From Candidatus Marinacidobacterium sp. (GTDB lineage: Bacteria > Acidobacteriota > Vicinamibacteria > Marinacidobacterales > Marinacidobacteraceae): a stretch of 64,000 nt of DNA. Positions 18,480 through 28,662 of the stretch are shown here, piece after piece (within the stretch, counting starts at the first letter, position 1; each line of letters begins with the position of its first letter). Position numbers and translations under genes: made by a program. The notes beneath the pieces are model-generated. The model was not told where the DNA came from and made no database searches. It was given only the letters and a program-made list of their open reading frames with translations. Location: the NCBI GenBank assembly GCA_965243415.1, contig OZ251549.1, forward strand, positions 4,311 through 68,310. The letters are read 5' to 3'.

Positions 18480-19350
18480 CGGGGCCTCCGGCGCACCGCG
18501 TCCAGGAACTCCGGGACGGAACGCCTTCGGAATCCCTCCCCCGCCGGAAGCCGGAAGGAATCGGGGTGGAGCCGGGCATTGACTTCCAACTCCTCCACCG
18601 TCAGTCGGGCGCCCACCCGGTCGCCGCGGACTTCGATGCTCCGGGGCGGGCGTCGCGCCCCCGCAGCCGCCGCCTCCGGGTAGCGCACCTCGTAGCCGTC
18701 ACCGACCGCCCGGGTCACCCGGGAGGCGGGAGGCGCGCTGCCGGCCCCGGCGGGCCACTCCGCCCACCACAGCCTCCCGCCGGCCGGGAGCCGCGCTCCC
18801 CCGTCGGGGGTGGGTTCCGCCCCGGGCGGCTCCGTCCCGGACAGCGGGAGACCGACGCCGGAGACGATCGCCCCCACCTCCCGGAGTCCGACCGGCAGGC
18901 CGAAGAGCGGCTCGGTGAAGGCCCGGAGATCCGCTCCCTCCGCGAAGACCCGCGCCGCCGGGGCCACGGCCCGCACTCCGTCCGGGCGGGCGACCAGACT
19001 CCAGCGCGCGCCGCCGACCGGGGCGTAGGCGGAGATCCGTAGCGCCGCCACCGCAGACGGATCCCCGGCGCCGGGCGGGCCGGGCGCCGGCCGCTCGAAG
19101 AGGATGAGGAGCCGCCCGGAGAAGCCGGTTCGTTCGTTGCCGCGCCGCGCCGAGTCCCCCCGCACCGAGAACAGGGCCTGGTAGCGGCGGATCCCGGCGG
19201 ATTCGGCCGCCGTCGCCGCCAGCAGCCGGGCGACTTCGGCCGCCGCCAGGGGTTCCCGGGGCGGGGCCGGTGGCCGCCGGCCGCAGGAGACCCCGACTCC
19301 CAGAGTCAGGGGGAGGACGGCCGACGGCAGGAAGACCGCCGCCCGGCGGA
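18476..19350 (-). CDS. Lipoprotein, LolB-like by position (start uncertain)
   Basis: Frame continues upstream of 19165 as ..AAVFLPSAVLPLTLGVGVSC (lipobox-like); sits between the TPR gene and ispE. Confidence 0.5.
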
Positions 19351-19408
19351 TGGCGCGGGCTCGCGCCCCGCGATCCCCGGACCGCCGCCGCCCTCGAACC
19401 GCGGCCCG

Positions 19409-19550
19409 CGACGGAGCGTCGGGCCGGCCCGCGGCAACGACAACGCGCCGGCACCCGGATCCCTGCCGCCATCGAGACGCTGCCCCCGACGGGGCGTCAG
19501 ATCCGCCCGCCGCAACGACAACGCCCCGGCCCCGGTATCGCCGCCGCAGG
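19409..19550. repeat. Two ~78-bp tandem copies
   Basis: GCAACGACAACGC at ~19434 and ~19512 with similar flanks. Confidence 0.6.
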
Positions 19551-19825
19551 CCGGCGCCGGCTGCGGCCGCGGGCGACCGGGAACTGCGCCTCGGCCCCGA
19601 GATCCACCGCCGGGGGGCAGGGCCGCGGTCGTCGCGAGGCTCGACGGGGTCCCGGGAAGGCCGTCGGCAACGCTCTCCGGAGCCTCCGGACTCCGGGACG
19701 GGCCGCGCCGCTGCGGACTCCGGCCGCCCGGGCGGCGGGGCGGGCGCGACGCCGGGGCTGCCCGGTTCCGAGTCGAACCGGGTCAGGAGGGCCCCTTCGG
19801 TCCGGAATCCGTCAGGAAGAAGTCG

Positions 19826-21913
19826 TCAGAAGAACGGGTCCGGCGGGTTCGGGTCGTCGCCGGCCTCCTCGATCTTGCGCGTCACCGCGTCGCGCTCGAG
19901 TTCTTCCTCGCCGTCGTGCTCCAGCGCCTGCCGCCAGAAGCGGACCGCCGCCTCCGGGTTCCCCTTGGCCCGGTAGAGATCGCCCAGGTGGTCCAGCACC
20001 ACGCTGTTCTCCGGCATGCAGCGGACCGCGCGCAGCAGGTTCGGCTCGGCCAGGTCGAGTTGCCCCCGGCGGAACTGCACCCAGCCCAGACTGTCCCGGT
20101 AGGACCCGTTGTAGGGATCGACTTCCAGCGCCCGGCGGATCAATTCCTCCGATTCCTCCAGCCGGTCGTCCTCCCCGGCCAGCATGTAGCCGAGATAGTT
20201 CAGCGAGAGCGCGTGGTCGGGGGCGCGTTCGAGGATGGCGCGGAACTCGGTCTCCGCCTCCGCCGGCCGGCGCTGCCGCTCGAGGACCGCCGCCAGTTGG
20301 AAGCGGAAGGCCAGGTCCTCGGGCCGCGCCTCCAGCCACTCCCGCAGCAGGGTCTCCGCCGCGGCGTAGTCGCCCTGCTCCACCCGGTGGCGCAGCAACT
20401 CGTGGAGCATTCCCGGCTCGCCCGGATGCCCCTCGACCAGGCCCTCCAGGAGGGCGAGGGCCTCGGCGGGACGCCCGGCGGCGGACCGCACCCGCGCTTC
20501 GAGCGCTTTCAGGCCGGGGTTCTCCGGGTGCGAGGCGACGACGGGGGCCAGCAGCCGTTCCGCCTCCGCCGCGTCCCCGGCGGCGAGGGCGCCGTGGATC
20601 CGCATCACCTGGAACCGCAGCGCGTCGCTCCGCCCTTCGGAGAGCGTGGCCGCTTCGGCGAGGGCGTCGAGGGCCGCCCGGTGGTCGCCGAGTTCCTGGC
20701 GGGCGTGGGCGAAGCGCACCAGGAAGTCGCGGCGGCGGGCGAGCCCGTAGGAGTCTTCGGGCAGGTCGAGCAGCGCCCGGAACTCCCCGGCGGCGCGCTC
20801 GTACTCGCAGCGGGCGAGGAACACGCCGCCGAGGGCGTCCCGCGCCGGGAGGTGGCGGTCGTTCTGCGCCAGCACCCGTCCGAGGACTTCCTCCGCTTCT
20901 TCGAGCCGCTGCTGGCGCCGGAGCACCACGGCGAGCCCCATGAGCGAGAACTCGCTGTCGGGGTCGGTCTCGAGCGCCCGCTCGAAGGCCTCCCCGGCCT
21001 CCCCGAGACGCCCGACGCGCGCCAGCGCCTCGGCGTGCGCCACCCGCAGGTCGTGGTCTTCGGGATGCTCGGCGGTGGCCGCCGCGTAGAGGTCCGCCGC
21101 TGCGGCGAACGCCTCGGCGGCGGTCCGGCCGGGGATCTCCGGACCGAGCAGCAGTTCGTCGAGGAGTTCCCGGGCTTCCGGCTGGCGCGGCTCGATGCGG
21201 AGCGACCGCAGGAGCGAGTCGAACGCCTGTTCCCGGTCGCCGGCGGCGAGGCGCAGCCGGGCCAGCATGGTGAGTTCCTCGTAGGCGTCCGGCGCCCGGC
21301 GCACCAGTTCCCGGAAGTGCTCCGCGGCCTCTTCGCCCCGGCGGGCGGAGGCGAGCAGCCGGGCGAGCGCCGAACGGCTGTCCAGGTCGTCGGCGTCGAG
21401 CCGCACCGCTTCGGCGTAGGCCCCGATGGCGCGCTCGACCGCTTCCGGGTCGCCGCCGGAGCGCAACTGGCGGAAGTAGTGGTCGCCCAGGATCCGGTGC
21501 GGCGCCGGCGCTCCCGGATCCCGCTCCGCCGCCTCCCGCGCCGCCCGTTCCCCGGCTTCGGCGTCCGTGCCCGCCGCTCCCCGCAGCGCCCCCGACAGGT
21601 AGATCCGGGCCAGCGCCACCAGGGGATCGGAGGCGTCCGCGTCCAGTTCGGCGGCGCGGCGGTAGGCGGCGGCGGCCGCTTCCGGATCCCGCGACCACTC
21701 GGCGAGCCGGCCTTCGGCGAAGAGGCGGTAGGCCTCGGCGGCTCCGTCGAGCGGAACCAGGGCGGCGGGCTCCGACTCCTGCGGCGGTCGGGGCGACGGT
21801 TCCCGGGCTGCCGGCGCCGGGAAGGCGGTGGCCGGGAGCAGCGCCAGCGCCGCCATCACGCGGCGGGCCCGGCGGACACGGACCGGCCGCCGGCGACTCA
21901 GGCGGGGACTCAC
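19826..21913 (-). CDS. Exported tetratricopeptide-repeat protein
   Basis: Signal-like N-terminus, many TPR helices, C-terminal LNYLGYMLA..YRDSLGWV..DHLGDLY. Confidence 0.88.
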   Translation of the reverse strand: MSPRLSRRRPVRVRRARRVMAALALLPATAFPAPAAREPSPRPPQESEPAALVPLDGAAEAYRLFAEGRLAEWSRDPEAAAAAYRRAAELDADASDPLVALARIYLSGALRGAAGTDAEAGERAAREAAERDPGAPAPHRILGDHYFRQLRSGGDPEAVERAIGAYAEAVRLDADDLDSRSALARLLASARRGEEAAEHFRELVRRAPDAYEELTMLARLRLAAGDREQAFDSLLRSLRIEPRQPEARELLDELLLGPEIPGRTAAEAFAAAADLYAAATAEHPEDHDLRVAHAEALARVGRLGEAGEAFERALETDPDSEFSLMGLAVVLRRQQRLEEAEEVLGRVLAQNDRHLPARDALGGVFLARCEYERAAGEFRALLDLPEDSYGLARRRDFLVRFAHARQELGDHRAALDALAEAATLSEGRSDALRFQVMRIHGALAAGDAAEAERLLAPVVASHPENPGLKALEARVRSAAGRPAEALALLEGLVEGHPGEPGMLHELLRHRVEQGDYAAAETLLREWLEARPEDLAFRFQLAAVLERQRRPAEAETEFRAILERAPDHALSLNYLGYMLAGEDDRLEESEELIRRALEVDPYNGSYRDSLGWVQFRRGQLDLAEPNLLRAVRCMPENSVVLDHLGDLYRAKGNPEAAVRFWRQALEHDGEEELERDAVTRKIEEAGDDPNPPDPFF

Positions 21914-21972
21914 GAAGGGGAGGTCGGGGAGGGGCGGGGAGGGCAGTCGGGGAAGTCGAACCGGAGGTCGAA

Positions 21973-21978
21973 ATTATA
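21973..21978 (-). promoter_or_regulatory. Putative -10 box (TATAAT) for the TPR-ispE-prs operon
   Basis: Perfect consensus in very GC-rich DNA, about 60 bp upstream of the TPR start. Confidence 0.5.
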
Positions 21979-22029
21979 GGAACGCCGGCGGGGCGGCCGG
22001 GGGGTCCGGAGCCGGCCGCCGCAGCGGCC

Positions 22030-23679
22030 TCAGTGGCGGAAGTGGCGGCGGCCGGTGAACACCATCGCCAGATCCCGTTCGTCGGCGGCGGCGATCACTT
22101 CGGGGTCGCGTTTCGAGCCGCCGGGCTGGATCACCGCGGTGACGCCGGCGTCGGCGAGGGTCAGGAGTCCGTCCGGGAACGGGAAGAAGGCGTCCGAGGC
22201 GGCGACCGCCCCGGCGAGATCCTCCCGCGCCTTCTCCACGGCCAGCCGGCAGGAGTCGAGCCGGCTCATCTGCCCGGCCCCGACGCCCAGCAGCCGGCCG
22301 CCGCGGGCCACCACGACGGCGTTCGACCGCACCTGCCGCGCCACCCGCCAGGCGAACCGCAGCCCTTCGGTCTCCGCCGGGTCGGGAGCGCGCCGGGTGG
22401 CGACCTGCTGGCCCTGCCCCTCCCCTTCTCCCGGCGCGGCGCCGTCCCAGTCCTGCACCAGGAGTCCGCCGGCGACCCGGGCCAGGTACCGCCCGGCCGG
22501 CGCGAAGGCGCCGAAGTCCCCGGCGGCCAACAGGCGCAGGTTCTTCTTCCGGCGGAGCCGGGCCAGCGCGTCGTCGTCGAAGCCGGGAGCGACGACCGCT
22601 TCCAGGAAGGTGGCCGCCAGTTCTTCGGCGGTGGCGAGGTCCACCGGCCGGCCGAGACCCACGATGCCGCCGAAGGCGGAGACCGGGTCCGTGGCCCGCG
22701 CCTGCCGGTAGGCCTCGGCGAGCGTCTCCGCCACCGCCGCGCCGGCCGGGTTCAGGTGCTTGATGACCACCGCGGCGGCGGCCTCCGGCCGGGCGGCGGT
22801 CAGGTCCGCGGTCAGCCGGAGGGCGGCGTCGAGATCGAGGATGTTGTTGTAGGAGAGTTCCTTGCCGTGGAGTTGCCCGGCGCCGGGGATGCCGAGGCCG
22901 GGGCCGCCGGCGAGGTTCGGGGGATCGCGGTAGAGCGCCGCGGTCTGGTGCGGGTTCTCCCCGTAGCGGAGGGTGGAGACCCGCTCGAAGGAGAGCGACA
23001 ACCGTTCCGGGAAGCCGCCGCCGTTCGCCTCTGCCGGCGCGTCCCCGGCTTCCCCGGCTTCCCCGAACTTCGCAGCGATGGCCGCCTCGTAGGCCGCCGT
23101 CGCCCGGAAGGCCTTCGCGGCCAGGCGGCGGCGCTCCCCGGCGGCGCGGGCCGGGTCGGCCTCGTCGAGGATCTCCAGCACCCCGGGATAGTCGGCGGGG
23201 TCCACCACGACGGCCACTTCGGGCCAGTTCTTGGCCGCCGCCCGCACCAGGCAGGGGCCGCCGATGTCGATGTTCTCGCGGATCTCGGCCTCGTCCGCGC
23301 CCCGCGCCACGGTCTCGGCGAAGGGGTAGAAGTTGACCGCGACCACCTCCACCGGGCGGATCCCCAGCCGGTCGAGCGACTCCAGATCCTCCGGGCGGGA
23401 CCTCCGGGCGAGGATGCCGCCGTGGATCGCCGGATGGAGGGTCTTGACCCGCCCCTCCAGGATCTCCGGGCTGCCGGTGACCTCGGAGACCTCGACCACC
23501 GGGATGCCGGCTTCGGCCAGGAATCGCGCGGTGCCGCCGCTGGCGACCAGTTCGAAGCCCCGCTCCCGCAATCCGCGCCCGAATTCCGCCAGCCCCTCCT
23601 TCCGGCTGACGCTGAGGACCGCGCGCCGCTTCGGGGCGGCGCTCCCCGGTTCGGGTTCGGTCGGCTCCGGCTCTCGCAT
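22030..23679 (-). CDS. purH: Bifunctional AICAR transformylase/IMP cyclohydrolase
   Basis: GRVKTLHP, ENIDIGGP, LRYGENPHQ, ASDAFFPF, QPGGS, FTGRRHFRH. Confidence 0.96.
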   Translation of the reverse strand: MREPEPTEPEPGSAAPKRRAVLSVSRKEGLAEFGRGLRERGFELVASGGTARFLAEAGIPVVEVSEVTGSPEILEGRVKTLHPAIHGGILARRSRPEDLESLDRLGIRPVEVVAVNFYPFAETVARGADEAEIRENIDIGGPCLVRAAAKNWPEVAVVVDPADYPGVLEILDEADPARAAGERRRLAAKAFRATAAYEAAIAAKFGEAGEAGDAPAEANGGGFPERLSLSFERVSTLRYGENPHQTAALYRDPPNLAGGPGLGIPGAGQLHGKELSYNNILDLDAALRLTADLTAARPEAAAAVVIKHLNPAGAAVAETLAEAYRQARATDPVSAFGGIVGLGRPVDLATAEELAATFLEAVVAPGFDDDALARLRRKKNLRLLAAGDFGAFAPAGRYLARVAGGLLVQDWDGAAPGEGEGQGQQVATRRAPDPAETEGLRFAWRVARQVRSNAVVVARGGRLLGVGAGQMSRLDSCRLAVEKAREDLAGAVAASDAFFPFPDGLLTLADAGVTAVIQPGGSKRDPEVIAAADERDLAMVFTGRRHFRH

Positions 23680-23694
23680 GCGGCGGCGGGGATG

Positions 23695-25269
23695 TTACCC
23701 GGCGGCGGGAGGCCGATCCGCCCCCTCCCCCGACCCCCGGCCGGCCGATTCCCCGGGAGGCGCCGCCGCGTCGGCGGACGACTCCCCGACCACCGCCTGC
23801 ACCGCGGCGGCGAGTTCCCCGGCCTCGTCGTCCATCACGGTGCGCAGGTCGAGGAGCACCCGCTCTTCCCGGATGCGCCCGACCACCGGCGGGGCGCCCC
23901 GCAGCAGGGCGGCGCGAACCGCGTCCGCGCTCCGATCGGGATGCGAGAGCGCCAGGCACCTGGTGGGGAGGCGGGCGCCGGGGGCCGCGCCGCCGCCGAC
24001 CCGGGAGTACGACGGGACCACCTCGACCGTCCAGCCGGCCGCCGGCCGGAGCGCCTCCCGGAGGGCCCGCGCCGCCGCCGCGAGGTCCGCCTCGGTCCGG
24101 GAGAGCGCCCGGAGCACCGGGATCTCCTCCGCCGCCCGCCCGGCGACATGGCTCCGGAGCGTCTCCTGCAGCGCCGCCAGGCAGGTCTTGTCGGCGCGCA
24201 CCGCCCGCGCCAGCGGGTTCCGGCGGCAGGCCGCGACCGCCCCTTCCGAGCCCACCAGGATCCCGGCCTGGGGCCCGCCGAGGAGTTTGTCCCCGGAGAA
24301 GATCACCAGGTCCGCGCCCGCCCCGAGCCGGTCGCCCACCGTGGGTTCGTCGTCCCCGGGGGCCACCCCGAAGTCCCGGAGCGGACGCAGGTTGCCGGAA
24401 CCGAAGTCCTCGACGAGCGGAAGGTCGAACTCCGCCGCCAGGGCGGCCAGGTCGCGGGTGGCCGCGGACTCGGTGAAACCGACGATGCGGAAATTCGAGG
24501 GGTGCACCCGGAGGAGCGCGCCGACCTCTCCGGGAGCGCTCTCGACCGCGCGCCGGTAGTCGGCGAGGCGCGTCCGGTTCGTGGTCCCCACTTCCAGCAG
24601 GCGCGCGCCGCTCTTCTCGATGATCTCCGGGATGCGGAAGGAGTCGCCGATCTCGAGGAGTTCGCCCCGGGAGACGACCACCCGCTTCCCGGCGGCCAGC
24701 GAGTCCAGCGCCAGCAGCACCGCGGCGGCGGCGTTGTTCACGGTGAGCGAGGCCCGGCCCGGGAACAGCGCGGCGAGGAGCCCGGCCACCTGCTCCTGGC
24801 GGCTCCCCCGGCGGCCGCTCTCCCGGTCGAATTCCAGGTCGGTGTAGCCGCTCGCCGCCTCGAACATCCGGGCGGCGGCGGCCGCGGAGAGCGGCGCCCG
24901 ACCCAGGTTGGTGTGCGCCGCGACCCCGGTGGCGTTGATCACCCGGCGGAGGTCGGGCCCGGCGGCGCGCTCCAGTCGCCGTTCCACCGCGCCGCGGAGC
25001 CAGGCCTCCGGGTCCCGCTCCCAGGCCGCCGGAACCGCCCCGGCGCGGAGGGCGCGGCGGACGGCGGCGAGTTCCGCCCGCAGCGCGTCGGTGACCGCCG
25101 GCCGCCCGGACGCCTCCGAAAGCGCCCGGAAGGGAGGCGTTTCCAGCAGCCGCCCCACCGCCGGCAACCGGGCCCGATCGGGCCGGTCAGGCCGGTCGGG
25201 GGCGCCGGCGCTTCCCGGCGCGGCGGCGGCCCCTCGGTCGGACGACTCGCCGTGCGGGTCGGAATTCAT
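23695..25269 (-). CDS. selA: L-seryl-tRNA(Sec) selenium transferase
   Basis: VINATGV..HTNLGRAPL, SRGELLEIGDSFRIP, EVGTTNRT, HPSNF, FSGDKLLGGPQAG. Confidence 0.94.
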   Translation of the reverse strand: MNSDPHGESSDRGAAAAPGSAGAPDRPDRPDRARLPAVGRLLETPPFRALSEASGRPAVTDALRAELAAVRRALRAGAVPAAWERDPEAWLRGAVERRLERAAGPDLRRVINATGVAAHTNLGRAPLSAAAAARMFEAASGYTDLEFDRESGRRGSRQEQVAGLLAALFPGRASLTVNNAAAAVLLALDSLAAGKRVVVSRGELLEIGDSFRIPEIIEKSGARLLEVGTTNRTRLADYRRAVESAPGEVGALLRVHPSNFRIVGFTESAATRDLAALAAEFDLPLVEDFGSGNLRPLRDFGVAPGDDEPTVGDRLGAGADLVIFSGDKLLGGPQAGILVGSEGAVAACRRNPLARAVRADKTCLAALQETLRSHVAGRAAEEIPVLRALSRTEADLAAAARALREALRPAAGWTVEVVPSYSRVGGGAAPGARLPTRCLALSHPDRSADAVRAALLRGAPPVVGRIREERVLLDLRTVMDDEAGELAAAVQAVVGESSADAAAPPGESAGRGSGEGADRPPAAG

Positions 25270-25595
25270 CGGGAACGCTCGGGGCTCGGGGGAGGCCGGG
25301 GGAATCGTCGCCGACCGGATCCGGGGGGCGCGAGCGCCCGGCCTTCCCGGCCGTTTCGCCCCGTGGCGCCGGCCGGCGAACCCCGCCGGTAAACCCTGCC
25401 GGCGAACCGGGCTCCCCGGGGCCGGCCCCGCGCGAGCGGCGGCGGAGGGTCGTGCCGAGGACGAGGCGCGAACCCGGGGAAGCGGGCCCGGCGCGAGCGG
25501 CGGCGGAGGATAGCCGGGGCGGCCGGCAACGCTTCCCGGGGTGTTCCGGGAGGGCCCCCTTACCGCCGGGGGCGCCGGTTAACCTTTCCGATTCG

Positions 25596-25874
25596 ATGGT
25601 TCCCGAACCCGCCGCTCCTGCCGCCGCCCCGGCGGAAGCGCCCGACCCGGCCCCGCCCCCGGCAGGGACCCCCGCCGGGACCATCCGGGTGAACGGGCGG
25701 GAGACCCCGCTGCCCTCGCCGGCGTCCGTCGCCGGGGCCCTCCGGGCGCTCGGGCTCGACGGCCCGGTGGCGGTGGAGGTGAACGGCGCCCTGGTGCGCC
25801 GCGCCGCCCATGGGGAGACGCCGCTGCGAGCGGGAGACCGGCTGGAAGTCCTCACCTTCGTGGGCGGCGGCTGA
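25596..25874 (+). CDS. thiS: Sulfur carrier ThiS
   Basis: IRVNG..VAVEVNG..GDRLEVLTFVGGG C-terminus; directly upstream of thiG. Confidence 0.88.
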   Translation: MVPEPAAPAAAPAEAPDPAPPPAGTPAGTIRVNGRETPLPSPASVAGALRALGLDGPVAVEVNGALVRRAAHGETPLRAGDRLEVLTFVGGG

Positions 25875-25880
25875 GCGGCG

Positions 25881-26669
25881 ATGGCGGAACCGGCGCGGGA
25901 AGACCGACCGCTCGTCCTGGGCGGCCGCGCCTTCGGTTCCCGGCTCATCCTGGGCACCGGGAAGTACCCCACCTTCGAGTCCATGCGCGAGTGCCACGCC
26001 GCCTCCGGCTGCGAGATGGTGACGGTGGCGGTGCGGCGGGTGGACCTGGACGCGAAGGAGTCGCTCCTCGACTTCATCCCCCGCGACCGGCTCACCCTGC
26101 TGCCGAACACCGCCGACTGCTTCACCGCGGCGGAAGCCGTGCGGACCGCGCGCCTGGCCCGGGAAGCCGGGCTCTCCGAGTGGATCAAACTGGAAGTCAT
26201 CGGCGACCGGAAGACCCTCTACCCGGACACCGCCGAGTTGCTGGCGGCGACCCGGGAACTGGTCGCGGAAGGCTTCGTGGTGCTGCCCTACACCAGCGAC
26301 GATGTGGTGGTGGCCCGGCGGCTGGAAGAAGCCGGAGCGGCGGCGGTCATGCCGCTGGGAGCGCCCATCGGCTCCGGGCTCGGCATCCAGAACCGGAACA
26401 ACCTGGCCCTGATCCGGGAGGCGGTCACCGTCCCGGTCATCGTGGACGCCGGGGTGGGGACCGCCTCCGACGCCGCGGTGGCGATGGAACTCGGCGCCGA
26501 CGGGGTGCTGCTGAACACCGCGGTGGCCGCCGCCGCCGACCCGCTGCGGATGGCGCGGGCGATGCGGCTCGCGGTGGAAGCCGGCCGCCTCTCCTGGCTC
26601 GCCGGCCGGATGCCCCGGCGCCGCTACGCCACCGCTTCCTCGCCCCCGGCGGACGCCCCGCTGGTCTGA
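25881..26669 (+). CDS. thiG: Thiazole synthase
   Basis: [41 protein letters not shown]. Confidence 0.96.
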   Translation: MAEPAREDRPLVLGGRAFGSRLILGTGKYPTFESMRECHAASGCEMVTVAVRRVDLDAKESLLDFIPRDRLTLLPNTADCFTAAEAVRTARLAREAGLSEWIKLEVIGDRKTLYPDTAELLAATRELVAEGFVVLPYTSDDVVVARRLEEAGAAAVMPLGAPIGSGLGIQNRNNLALIREAVTVPVIVDAGVGTASDAAVAMELGADGVLLNTAVAAAADPLRMARAMRLAVEAGRLSWLAGRMPRRRYATASSPPADAPLV

Positions 26670-26686
26670 CCGCTCCCGGAGGATCG

Positions 26687-27571
26687 TTGCCCTCCGCCGG
26701 GCCCGGGGCCGACGGCCGCGGCGCCGGCGGACGCGGGACGCCGGCGCGGAAGAAGGCGGTTCGGAAGAAAACCCTTCGGAAGAAGTCCGTCCGAAAGAAG
26801 GTCGTCCGGAAGCAGGCAGTCCGGAAGAAGACGGCGCGGCGAACGGCGACCGGACCGGCCGCGCCGGAGGTCTCCCCGGCGGAGGAAGCGGCGCTGCGAC
26901 GGCAGGCCGGGCGGGTCGTCCGCGGACTGTCCCGGGAGTACCCCGGCGCCGAGTGCGCCCTGACCCACCGGTCGGCGCTCGAACTCCTGGTCGCGACCAT
27001 CCTCTCGGCGCAGTGCACCGACCGCCGGGTGAACCAGGTGACCCCCGGCCTCTTCGCCCGCTACCCGGACGCCGCCGCCTTCGCCGCGTCCGACCCGGAG
27101 GAGTTGGAGACCCTGATCCACTCCACCGGCTTCTTCCGCAACAAGGCGAGATCCATCCGGGGCGCCTGCCGCAAGATCGTGGAGGAGCACGGCGGCGCGG
27201 TGCCGGACACCATGGAAGCGCTGCTCACCCTCCCCGGCGTCGCCCGGAAGACCGCCAATGTGGTGCTCGGCACCTGGTTCGGCAAGGCGGAGGGCGTCGT
27301 GGTGGACACCCATGTCTTCCGCATCTCGCACCGGCTGGGGCTGACGGCGAAGCAGAACCCGGCGCAGACCGAGCGGCGGCTCATGGCGCTCCTCCCCCGG
27401 AAGGAGTGGAACGACTACAGCCACCGGGTGATCCACCACGGGCGGGCGGTGTGCCTGGCCCGGAACCCGAAGTGCCGCGAGTGCTCGCTGGAAGCGCTGT
27501 GCCCGAGGCTCGGCGTGCCGGACGCCGCCATCGCCCCGCCGGCGCCCCGCCCGGCGCGGAGGCGGGCCTGA
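26687..27571 (+). CDS. nth: Endonuclease III with basic N-terminal extension
   Basis: ATILSAQCTD, LPGVARKTANVV, VDTHV, C-x6-C-x2-C-x5-C; TTG start inferred. Confidence 0.92.
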   Translation: MPSAGPGADGRGAGGRGTPARKKAVRKKTLRKKSVRKKVVRKQAVRKKTARRTATGPAAPEVSPAEEAALRRQAGRVVRGLSREYPGAECALTHRSALELLVATILSAQCTDRRVNQVTPGLFARYPDAAAFAASDPEELETLIHSTGFFRNKARSIRGACRKIVEEHGGAVPDTMEALLTLPGVARKTANVVLGTWFGKAEGVVVDTHVFRISHRLGLTAKQNPAQTERRLMALLPRKEWNDYSHRVIHHGRAVCLARNPKCRECSLEALCPRLGVPDAAIAPPAPRPARRRA

Positions 27572-27621
27572 ACCTCGCGCCGGCCATCGGGAACGGCGGA
27601 CAACGGCCCCGGGAGGGACGC

Positions 27622-28662
27622 ATGAAACTGGGACTGGAACTCGGCTTCCTCACCACCGGGCAGGCGCCGCCGATCGCGCTCGCCGAACGGGCGGAAGCGG
27701 TCGGCTTCGACTCGGTCTGGGTCTCCGAGGCCTGGGGCTCCGACGGCGTCAGTCTGCTCGGCTACCTCGCCGCCCGCACCGAGCGGGTCGCCCTGGGCGC
27801 CGCGATCCTGCCGATCGGCTCCCGGACGCCGGCGCTGCTGGCGCAGACCGCCGCCACCCTCGACCTTCTCAGCGGCGAACGGCTGCTGCTGGGCCTCGGC
27901 GTCTCCGGCCCGCAGGTGATGGAAGGCTGGCACGGCGTCCCCTTCGCCCACCCGGTCGAACGAACTTGGGAGACGGTGCGGATCATCCGCCGCGCTCTCC
28001 GGCGGGAGGCGCCCCTCGAGTTCCACGGCGACCTCCAGCGCCTCCCCCTCCCCGGCGGGACCGGACTGGGCAAGCCGCTCAAGTTGATGATGGCTCCGGC
28101 GCGCCCGGAGATCCCGATCTTCCTGGCCACCATCGGCCCGAGGAACACGGGACTCGCCGCCGCCATGGCCGACGGCTGGCTGCCGATCCTCTACTCGCCG
28201 GAACGGGCCGGCGCGGTCTTCGGCCCGGCGCTCGCCGAGGGCGCGGCGGAGCGGGACCGCCCGGCGCCCCTCGAAGTCGCGCCGATGCTCGACTGCGCCC
28301 TGGGCGAGGACCTGCCCCGCCTGCGCGACCGCCTGCGCCCGGGAATCGCGCTCTATGTCGGCGGCATGGGCGCGAAGGAGCGCAACTTCTACAACGATCT
28401 GGCCCGCCGCTACGGCTACGAAGCGGCGGCGGAGCGGATCCAGTCGCTCTACCTGGACGGCCGGAAGCGGGAAGCGGCCGCGGCGGTCCCGGACGCCCTG
28501 GTGGACGAGGTCTGCCTGGTCGGCCCTCCTTCCCGCATCGCCGAACGCGTCGCCGCCTACCGCGAATCGGGCGCGACGACGCTCATCGTCTCCCCCCCGG
28601 TGGACGAGGCGGGCGACCCGGCGAAGGACGGACTGGAAACCCTCCGCCGCGCCTGCTCCTGA
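27622..28662 (+). CDS. LLM-class (F420-dependent type) oxidoreductase
   Basis: GFDSVWVSEAWGSD, LGLGVSGPQVMEGWHG, LYVGGMGAKERNFYN; GGGAGG RBS. Confidence 0.88.
   Translation: MKLGLELGFLTTGQAPPIALAERAEAVGFDSVWVSEAWGSDGVSLLGYLAARTERVALGAAILPIGSRTPALLAQTAATLDLLSGERLLLGLGVSGPQVMEGWHGVPFAHPVERTWETVRIIRRALRREAPLEFHGDLQRLPLPGGTGLGKPLKLMMAPARPEIPIFLATIGPRNTGLAAAMADGWLPILYSPERAGAVFGPALAEGAAERDRPAPLEVAPMLDCALGEDLPRLRDRLRPGIALYVGGMGAKERNFYNDLARRYGYEAAAERIQSLYLDGRKREAAAAVPDALVDEVCLVGPPSRIAERVAAYRESGATTLIVSPPVDEAGDPAKDGLETLRRACS

Noticed and set aside
25270-25595. TPP riboswitch upstream of thiS/thiG
   Set aside because: The conserved CTGAGA and ACCTGA-type core was not found; only a ~60-bp duplication is visible
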